Shown here one piece after another: positions 42,761 to 51,224 of a stretch of 64,000 nucleotides of DNA. The stretch covers positions 7,522,966-7,586,965 of the forward strand of contig OZ199839.1 of the NCBI GenBank assembly GCA_964304625.1. Direction: 5' to 3'. Below the pieces are notes generated by a model, which saw only the letters and a list, made by a program, of their open reading frames with translations, was not told the DNA's origin and did no database searches. Numbering within the stretch: position 1 is the first letter of the stretch; every line of letters starts with the position of its first letter. Source of the DNA: Kudoa neothunni. Taxonomy: Eukaryota > Animalia > Cnidaria. The translations under genes were made by a program, and so were the position numbers.

Positions 42761-45415
42761 CACGCTAGGGGGTATTTTACTCGTTTATGCTGCTATAACA
42801 CATAAAATTAGATTAATTATATAAATAATACAGATTTATAAATATTTAATGTCATTTATAATGATACTTATGAATAAGTTTAAAATATCCTCGATGTATT
42901 TTGATGCTTAATTGTTAATTAAAAGATAAATGAAACTAAATTTATATTCTGTATTTTTCAAGATTTTTCTTTGTTGCTTAAAACCACGGATGTATCAAAT
43001 AATTATGATGAAATTTAAACGAAATAAGGTTCATTTGTCAGTATTAATGTTATTAATTTATTTATATTAGGTTTTTTCTGTTTATTCCTAAATATAATAA
43101 GTACTTACATTATTAAGTAAAATTTTGTTATATTTCACTATGAAGGAATATGAATGTGATTACAATGTTGCACTTAAATGTTTATATTATTTTCTTAAAA
43201 ATCAACAGCGAGTCTATATTAATGGCTGCTGTTCAGAAATATAGAATATTAAAAGTTTCTCCATACTCATAACACTTTCTAATTTAAATTTTTGCTTAAT
43301 TAAAGAAAAATAACTATTTTTAGTATTATAAATATTTCCATTAGAGATGCGCAATTGTTTAATTCAATATTTATCTTTATTTATTCCATCAATATCAAGA
43401 ATTAGAAGAAAAGAGAAATTTATTTAAAAAAAACTAAAATAAAATTATATATATAGTATAGTTAATTAAAATTTTTAATTAACAATGACACTTTAGTGTT
43501 TTAACAATAAAAATTGATAATACTAGAAATACTTATAAAGCTTTAATTAGGATAAAATAAACATGAAAAAATGTTATGAGGATGGATGAAATTTAAATAT
43601 TCTACATGCCTGCCTGAACTACAACCGTTTATAATGACCTATTGTTCATTTGTTTTTATTATAATACCATGCAAAAATCAATTGCAATTATTACACTTCC
43701 AAAAAAAGTTGTATTTAATATTTAAAAATCCTTAACAGTCCTTTCAGTCATCTTTTTATATTAAAAATTTAACGGTTACAACATATTTTTTAAATTTGAA
43801 CATAATGTTATGTTTTTGCATTACCAACGAAAAAATTTTATTCACAAATAATATTTTTACGATCATACTAAATCTAAGAATAAAAACTTTAAAATTAGTC
43901 GACAGACAAGAATTTTACTCTGTAAAAACGTGATCTTTGTACTTTATTGTTCTGTCTTTTCACAATTAATTTAATAATAATAAAAAATTAACATATTAAT
44001 TACTAATGTGCTCTGTTAACCGAGTGTTATATCATAATATAGCAGATAATAAATTTTACTAGTGTTGTCTCCCTTATATATGCGTTTAAACAGAGCTTTT
44101 ATGTAAAGACAAATTTCCGCAATATAAACTCAAAAACCCCTGTATAAGGTTTGTAGCGCTTTGATCAATATATATTGAAGTTCCGACAAAAAATTGTATT
44201 TTCACTAGTTCAGATTCTAATAATTAACATATATGTTTATTTTAATTCTGACTTATTTATATTTATTAAAATAAAATTAAAACATTCACGAATAAAGCAA
44301 TAAAGCAATAAAGAAGATTAAATGCTGTTGAAATATTTAGTTTCTAGAATATATTTCCTATTATAACTAGTAATAGTTCTATGTTGAGTCAAATGTTAAA
44401 ACAACAAAATTTTGATGATAATCTTCATCCAAGAAGAACATAAAAGATATTTTAGAGCCGCTTTCGACGAAAAAAGTCGTAAATCAGTATTAATGTTTCG
44501 AATTTTTGTCATTTTCTGGAATATAATTACAATAATGGAAAAATATTATGTAGATTAGGTTGTTGGTAAATATCAACTTAACGATTATTCTTAGTTGTAT
44601 TTGAAAATTGAAGTCACAAAACTCTGATTTTGATGAATTATTACAATATAACCCTAGCAATTGTGTACTGTATAAATCCCTTTTCTATAAGAATAACAAT
44701 TCCATTTTTTATATTAGTGATAGCTAACTAATTGTAGCGAATGCATAACGTTAATTTAATTTAAAATATTTAGAATTAATGTACGAACTAATTATAATCT
44801 TTAATTAATCAACGCTATTATCATCCATAATACGCATTGTATTTATTATTCTTCTTATAAAAACAGATCAAAAACAATCTGTTTATGTCTGAATTTGTTA
44901 ATTTTAGATAAATTTATCGAACATCCTAAAACTATATATGATTTTTTGTAGTTAAAAAATTCTTAATGAATATCACATATTCAACTCAAGCGAAATTTTA
45001 TTGCATATAAACTTCTTTTTACAGTTAATGCATTTTATATTGTTGCCTGTTCATAGGAATATTATAACATTCCAAAAAATACGTGTGAACCAAATATATG
45101 TCGCTCTGATATTGATGACTAACCTGCATAATTAACTCGGATAAATATCGTTTACGTATATTCTAAAATCTCAAAATACTTAATCATATTTTAATAGAAG
45201 GAACGTTATTACATTACGTATCATTGCGTAATAAAGAGAATTTCCAAATATTCCAACAGAAAAATGAATTATCAAGAAATTTAACTAATAAAAATTCGAT
45301 CAATAGCATATCTAAAGTCGTAACAACTTTAAACATACAAACAAGAGAATAAGAATACATTAAATAAATTGAGTTATATAAACAAACAGAAACAATACTA
45401 CTTATCTTGTGGGAA

Positions 45416-45488
45416 GGTTGTATGGTGTAATTGGTTAGCATTATGGACTTTGAATCCATCGACCCGAGTTCGAATCTCGGTACGGCCA
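45416..45488 (+). tRNA. tRNA-Gln(TTG), intact; 3' end is of element-A type
   Basis: Cloverleaf: acceptor GGTTGTA/TACGGCC (two G:U pairs), D arm GTGT..GCAT, anticodon stem ATGGA/TCCAT with TTG at 45450-45452, T arm CCGAG-TTCGAAT-CTCGG. A box TGGTGTAATTGG and B box present. Confidence 0.95.
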
Positions 45489-45494
45489 CTCCCT

Positions 45495-45507
45495 CTTTTG
45501 TTTTTTT
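45495..45507 (+). terminator. Pol III terminator-like T-runs
   Basis: CTTTTGTTTTTTT shortly after the discriminator base; repeated in every A unit; equivalent TTTTACATTTTT in the B unit. Confidence 0.7.
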
Positions 45508-45629
45508 GTGGTATTGTCTTTTTTTGGGCTATTTTTTGGCGTTTTTAGCGGCTGCCTTTTATCAGGAAAGTTAAAGTAAGTTCTTTTATTGTTGTTGCTA
45601 ACTTTTTAGGTACATACGACGGTTGGAAG

Positions 45630-48600
45630 ATGGAGAACACAACAGTTTTGTCGGAAAACTCCATTGACCATTTGAAAGACACGTGTCCCGAACTGACTCG
45701 AGTGATTTTGACCTACTTCCAGGCATGGGAGAAAGCCTCAATCAAACGAAGAAGGAAACCTCAACTTTGTATTAAAGCCAACGAAATCGTAAAGATTTCA
45801 AAGCTCATTTTCAAGGCTAAAAGCGACATTTCCGTTTTATGTCGGAACCGACCGAAGTTGCCAACTACAGAAAAAACGCCGAATTTTGAAGATACGGATT
45901 TTGTGGATATCTCGATTGAAGCAAATGATGTATCTTATTCAGATCGAGTCGCAATCCGAAAACTGCAGACAAATCTGTCCAGAAACAGACGAAGTCTCAA
46001 TTTTCTGTACGATGAGTTTATGACTCTAGTACAGAAAGCTGTAGATGACGCCGAGTTTCCAGCAGAGTTGTTGAATGTTGATGGATCTGTTGACATTTCA
46101 GCGGACCTCAAATTCTTCCCGGTTTTCCCGAATCAGCCACTTTTAATTAATGAAGCGCATGTCACAGAAAAGCGTGTGATGAAGGCCACTGCTAATGGTG
46201 AAATTATTATTGATGATTCGCCCAATGTTGTTCTAAGTGTTGAGAATGTTGTTGTTGTTCCTACTTCTCCAGAAGTGGTGAACTCAGCAAATTCTGCGAA
46301 TAATGAGACGACATTGGAGTTGCCCGCGCAGCCAATTTCGCCATTGTCGAGTTCATTGCATAGTTTGGACGTTAATTCAGTTAATTCAGCTAAATCAGTC
46401 ACTTTAACTAAATCTAATGTTAATTCTAAGTGCATTTCTAAAATTAAAAAAGTAAAAAACCCCATTCCGCATCTTTCAACTCCCGAATATGACCATTCTT
46501 TGCATAATAATAGGATTTTTAACTTAAATAATCAAACTTGTAGTGAAGCTCCTATTTTAATCGACGAGAATGTTAATATTTCCCCTTCCTTAAATCAAAA
46601 TTCACCCCAAAATCCATCAATTCCGGAAGAAAATGTTCAACCTAGCCTCATCGAACGGTCCAAAACCTTCTTTAGAGCGCCTAGTTTGTCGTTTAATTCC
46701 CCTTTGAAATCAGCTAATGTCTCCATTGGTGCGATGATGAATAACTTTTTAAATGGCATTGTTGCCACTTTATCAAGTCCCGAATCATCTCCGAAACCCT
46801 CTCAACCACAAAATGAAGATGATGAAGACAACGAAGAATACTTTGACTCGTTCGAAGAGCCAATGCAGATCCCCCATCTGGAAATTGCACTTCCTCTCTT
46901 GGATGTGGAAATGATGGATGACGCGGTCGAGCTGCGAAAGCCTCAAAAACGACGACATCAAGATATCTCCCCCTCGTCTTCTCCATCTCCATCTTCTTCA
47001 CCTTCCCCCTCAAAGCACCCTGACGATAACACCTCCAACGACTCCTCCAGTGAAGACTGTGCCCCTAAAAAGGCCCATCTGGCACCCATTACCAATTCCC
47101 AACCTCCGCCTTTGTCCCTAATTGTCTCACCTGATGAAAACTTTTTATCCTCTCAGGATATTACCAAATTCATCCGAGACGTTAGGAGAAAGACGCGCAG
47201 AAGAACCAAGAAACAAATCACCCCTAGACCGATGAGAATAACGAGATCTGCAGCAAAACTGCTCAGTTCTCAGTCTCAATCTCAAGAATCTCAACGTCCC
47301 CTTCCAACCCCGCCCAATCCACCTGCATTGGCACCCATCACTACTGTGGAAGTCATCTCATCACCCTCGAGACCCAGGTCTCCAAATCCTCCAACTCCCA
47401 ATCCAACCAAGAACGTGGCCTCTACACCGGAAGTTATCACCAACTCTCCATCTACTGCAACTACTGCACCTACTGCACCTACTGACGTGGCAAACAAATC
47501 ATTCTGCTTCGACCCAATCGACGAAAACAACCCACCAATCCTTGAATTCTCCAACATACCCATCCATAATGATGTTAATAGCAATATTAACAACGACGTC
47601 ATTATCCTCGACACGGCCACCACTACTGAAGATCATATTGAAAATCGCATTGAAGAGACTCATGATGATATTGATATTGATGTAGATGTAGAAATGCCCC
47701 TCAACTTTGAAAATCAACCCTTGAGAGAAGCAACCACCCAAGACGTCATGGAAGTGATGCGAGAACGAATTGGAAACAATTACGGACTCCCAGCTGCATC
47801 AGTTACTCCATCCAATCAACGTAACCCTTCTGACCCATCACCATCAAACGTCCACACAACTGACGATATAATCGACGATAACGACGACGTTAATGCTGAT
47901 CCACCCCAAGACGAGCAACCTCCTACCAACTTAAGTAAGTACCAATTGAGGAAATTAGAGGAGGAAAAGAAGCTCAAAGCTGCAGCGTCGATGATGAAGC
48001 ACTTGATCAATCATATAGGGTCCACTGCAACGTGTGACACCCTATATGCCCAATTTTTAGAGACCGCCATTGAGCATGCTAAAGAGCTCAAACTCCATCG
48101 AGTTCCCTTTACACGCCCCAATGACAATGACGCCGAAAATAGAGAAGCCAGCCCGTATGATGAGCACAATGTGGTGAGGAACAACAATCCGAATGACCCA
48201 AGCACTACTTTCGTACGAAGGATACAACGCCCCCTAACAAAGAGAGCCCACGAGAGGAGACTCCGTGGACTCTACCGCACCAATATGAAGCGTTGTTTCC
48301 ACGAAGTAGTGAATGACCCGCCAAAATGGTGCACTGCCTCTGCTACACAAATAACAGAAGCACTCACCCCTAATTTGTCCAATCCTCCACCAATTCCAGA
48401 AGAAGCTCCACCTCAAAACGCCTCTCCAATCCAGCAAGATGATGATAACGCTCCCATCCAATCCCAACGAGACATCTATGATTTCCAGCGGAACTACTCA
48501 GACATCCACATCTCCCCCGAAGACGTTCTTTGTGCGCTTGAAAAAGCAAACAAAGACACAGCAGTTGGAACCGATGGTATCCAAATGACATTTTGGAAAC

Positions 48601-50876
48601 GTCTTCCACAAATAGAGTTTGTGCTAGCCCCGCTATTTAACTGCTTCATCCGTACAAGCACCATCCCTCAAAGTTGGTTGGAATCAAGACTGGTCTTAAT
48701 TCCCAAATCGAAGGATGCAGACAGCACTGACCCCCTGAATTACCGCCCGATTGCGATAACTCAAACAATCTACCGATTGTTCATGAGTTGTCTTAACAGA
48801 AAACTCAGACCCCTCATCCAACTGTCTCCATCTCAGAAAGGATTTATACAAAGCGATGGCTGTGTCGAACACGCCTTCACCCTACAAGAAATCCTGGATG
48901 ACTCTCGCCGACGCCAGTCAAAAATCAACGCTGTTTGGATCGATATTCAAAAAGCGTTCGATTCGGTACCCCACAACTTTATCCTCCACCATCTACGTCA
49001 ACAGAAAGTTCCTTCAAACATTGTCCAACTCATTGCCAATCTCTACGACAACAGTTACAGTCTGGTGACTGACAAAGACGGCAACAACTCCACAATCAAC
49101 CCCAACGGCCGTGGCGTGAGGCAGGGATGCCCCCTGTCTCCGCTACTCTTCAATTTAGTGATTGACCCCCTTCTGGAAGATATTGCCAACAGTGGAATCG
49201 GCTACCCCCTCAGAGGACACAATATTGGTGCTCAATGCTTCGCAGATGATCTTGTCCTTCTAGCCAACAACGACGGAGATATGGATACCCTTTTGAAGAA
49301 AACCGAAGATTTCCTATCCAAAACCTCCCTGACCGTCAACCACTCCAAGTGCGCGAGCCTTAAAGTAAGTTACATTCAAGGTAGAAGATTCATCAACACC
49401 GTCTCCACAAACTCACCTACGCTTTTTGGAATCCACGTGCCCCCGATGCAAAACTACTACAAATATCTTGGCACCCAATCCAACCTTCAATCCTTCAAGA
49501 ACCTCCCACCTGCTTTTGACGACTTTATTATGAAATTGACAAAAATCTCAAATTCTCCCCTTCTTCCCTTCCAAAAATTAAATCTCCTCAAGATATACGT
49601 ATTCCCGAGCATCGACCACGTAATGAAGAATACCCTGCTCCGAATTGAAGACCTTGCCAAGATTGATGCCCTCATCTTACGAAATGTTCGCCAATGGCTC
49701 AATCTTCCAAACTCCTCAACGAAGAACATCTTCTACATCCCCAACTGTGCTGGAGGACTTGGCTTGAAACAGCTTACGAAGGACTATGCCGCCTTACGGC
49801 TGGCCGCTGGTCTGAATCTGCTGAATTCCAAGGATGAAACCATCCAACTTGTAGCAAGACAGTCCCTTCAAGAAATCTGTGCCAAACGAAGCAACCACTC
49901 CATGGATCCACTCACCTATCTTCATCTGGATGAAGAACCTTGCGTGTCTCGAGACATTCGAAGTCTTATGTCTTCAATGCGTTTGAACCGCAAATCAATC
50001 AAAGTGGACCTCCTCCAACCTTCTGAAGATCTAAACCACATGGAGATTGACGACGAAAGTCTCAATCCTCCCATTTTCCCTCCAAAAAATCCAACTTTCC
50101 AACCCACCCGCATCAAGAAGCTCCGTTGGCACCTACAATCCAACCATCTCCGTCTACTCAAGGCCCAAGTAGACCAAGGACGCTCCGCTGGCTGTTTTAG
50201 TCAACACGCTGAATCCAACTCGTGGACCCGAACCGGTAATATAAAAATTTCATCATTTAGGTTCGGTCTCATGGGTAGAATTAACGTGCTCCCGACAATG
50301 ACAGTGCTACACCGTGCCCAATCTACGCTTGATACACAATGCCGCCGATGTTCGTGCCAAGTGGAAACACTTGGACACATTCTGAATGGCTGTCCAAACA
50401 ACAGAAACGAGATCATCCTTCGCCACAACTCAATTTTAGAATTCATCGCCTCCAAAATCAAGGTTGGAAAAAAGTATGAACTCCTGATCGACCGATTATT
50501 CCCCGATGGTGTCCTAATTGGCGACCGACGACCAGACATCCAACTTATCCACCGCCGCTCCAAGACGATAATCGTAGCTGACGTCTCCGTCTGCTATGAA
50601 TCATCCCTACAACGCATGGACGAGGTAAGAGAGCACAAAATCCGGAAATACGCCGACGAGTTTGCTCTACTTGAACAAGCTGGCTGGAAGATTCTCCCAA
50701 CTGCGCTCATCTTTGGATCCCTCGGCTCTCACCACCCGCTCAATTCCCAGGCTTACACCCTCCTCCACATTCAAAACCAGAAGAGAGTGAAAACCTTGAT
50801 GAAAAACATCACAACCAATCTGATCGAAAGTTCCCACATGATTTGGAATAATCATGTGAGAACGACTAGATCCTAA
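45630..50876 (+). CDS. 1748-aa retrotransposon protein (RT, CCHC knuckle, restriction-like endonuclease)
   Basis: AVGTDGI, NYRPIAI, QKGF, WIDIQKAFDSVPH, GVRQGCPLSPLLFN, FADD, YKYLG, GGLG, CRRC..VETLGHILNGC, RHN, RPD, ADV, KIRKY. Confidence 0.97.
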   Translation: MENTTVLSENSIDHLKDTCPELTRVILTYFQAWEKASIKRRRKPQLCIKANEIVKISKLIFKAKSDISVLCRNRPKLPTTEKTPNFEDTDFVDISIEANDVSYSDRVAIRKLQTNLSRNRRSLNFLYDEFMTLVQKAVDDAEFPAELLNVDGSVDISADLKFFPVFPNQPLLINEAHVTEKRVMKATANGEIIIDDSPNVVLSVENVVVVPTSPEVVNSANSANNETTLELPAQPISPLSSSLHSLDVNSVNSAKSVTLTKSNVNSKCISKIKKVKNPIPHLSTPEYDHSLHNNRIFNLNNQTCSEAPILIDENVNISPSLNQNSPQNPSIPEENVQPSLIERSKTFFRAPSLSFNSPLKSANVSIGAMMNNFLNGIVATLSSPESSPKPSQPQNEDDEDNEEYFDSFEEPMQIPHLEIALPLLDVEMMDDAVELRKPQKRRHQDISPSSSPSPSSSPSPSKHPDDNTSNDSSSEDCAPKKAHLAPITNSQPPPLSLIVSPDENFLSSQDITKFIRDVRRKTRRRTKKQITPRPMRITRSAAKLLSSQSQSQESQRPLPTPPNPPALAPITTVEVISSPSRPRSPNPPTPNPTKNVASTPEVITNSPSTATTAPTAPTDVANKSFCFDPIDENNPPILEFSNIPIHNDVNSNINNDVIILDTATTTEDHIENRIEETHDDIDIDVDVEMPLNFENQPLREATTQDVMEVMRERIGNNYGLPAASVTPSNQRNPSDPSPSNVHTTDDIIDDNDDVNADPPQDEQPPTNLSKYQLRKLEEEKKLKAAASMMKHLINHIGSTATCDTLYAQFLETAIEHAKELKLHRVPFTRPNDNDAENREASPYDEHNVVRNNNPNDPSTTFVRRIQRPLTKRAHERRLRGLYRTNMKRCFHEVVNDPPKWCTASATQITEALTPNLSNPPPIPEEAPPQNASPIQQDDDNAPIQSQRDIYDFQRNYSDIHISPEDVLCALEKANKDTAVGTDGIQMTFWKRLPQIEFVLAPLFNCFIRTSTIPQSWLESRLVLIPKSKDADSTDPLNYRPIAITQTIYRLFMSCLNRKLRPLIQLSPSQKGFIQSDGCVEHAFTLQEILDDSRRRQSKINAVWIDIQKAFDSVPHNFILHHLRQQKVPSNIVQLIANLYDNSYSLVTDKDGNNSTINPNGRGVRQGCPLSPLLFNLVIDPLLEDIANSGIGYPLRGHNIGAQCFADDLVLLANNDGDMDTLLKKTEDFLSKTSLTVNHSKCASLKVSYIQGRRFINTVSTNSPTLFGIHVPPMQNYYKYLGTQSNLQSFKNLPPAFDDFIMKLTKISNSPLLPFQKLNLLKIYVFPSIDHVMKNTLLRIEDLAKIDALILRNVRQWLNLPNSSTKNIFYIPNCAGGLGLKQLTKDYAALRLAAGLNLLNSKDETIQLVARQSLQEICAKRSNHSMDPLTYLHLDEEPCVSRDIRSLMSSMRLNRKSIKVDLLQPSEDLNHMEIDDESLNPPIFPPKNPTFQPTRIKKLRWHLQSNHLRLLKAQVDQGRSAGCFSQHAESNSWTRTGNIKISSFRFGLMGRINVLPTMTVLHRAQSTLDTQCRRCSCQVETLGHILNGCPNNRNEIILRHNSILEFIASKIKVGKKYELLIDRLFPDGVLIGDRRPDIQLIHRRSKTIIVADVSVCYESSLQRMDEVREHKIRKYADEFALLEQAGWKILPTALIFGSLGSHHPLNSQAYTLLHIQNQKRVKTLMKNITTNLIESSHMIWNNHVRTTRS

Positions 50877-51047
50877 CAAAATTATCAAATCTTCCTACTT
50901 CATCGTGCATCTGCTGATTCCAATATCCATCCATCCATCCATCAATATGTCCACCATTCCAATCTACACAAATCAACATTAGTTTAGTTAGTCTAGTCAC
51001 TAAAAGTAACTTATTTATTAATCACGATAGCATTCGTTAGTTTTCGG

Positions 51048-51083
51048 AATCCATCGACCCGAGTTCGAATCTCGGTACGGCCA
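51048..51083 (+). repeat. 3' half of tRNA-Gln, A-type acceptor TACGGCCA
   Basis: Identical to 45453-45488; no 5' half upstream. Confidence 0.95.
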
Positions 51084-51224
51084 CTCCCTCTTTTGTTTTT
51101 TTGTGGTATTGTCTTTTTTTGGGCTATTTTTTGGCGTTTTTAGCGGCTGCCTTTTATCAGGAAAGTTAAAGTAAGTTCTTTTATTGTTGTTGCTAACTTT
51201 TTAGGTACATACGACGGTTGGAAG

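Larger units (their letters stand above)
45453..51047 (+). mobile_element. RLE-type non-LTR retrotransposon, family A, copy 1 (5595 bp)
   Basis: Boundary defined by the recurring AATCCATCGACCCGAG; single RT-CCHC-RLE ORF. Confidence 0.95.

Noticed and set aside
40200-45400. Long AT-rich tract upstream of the tRNA
   Set aside because: Apart from the MULE-like fragment and a TATA-like TATATAAA near 45375, I found no supportable structure.
45214-45489. 91-aa minus-strand ORF
   Set aside because: Its start is the antisense of the tRNA and the rest is AT-rich; no coding evidence.
51048-51083. tRNA halves as LTR-element primer-binding sites or SINEs
   Set aside because: They are sense to the ORF, whereas a PBS is complementary to the tRNA. 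There are no LTRs or integrase, and no A box or SINE tail.
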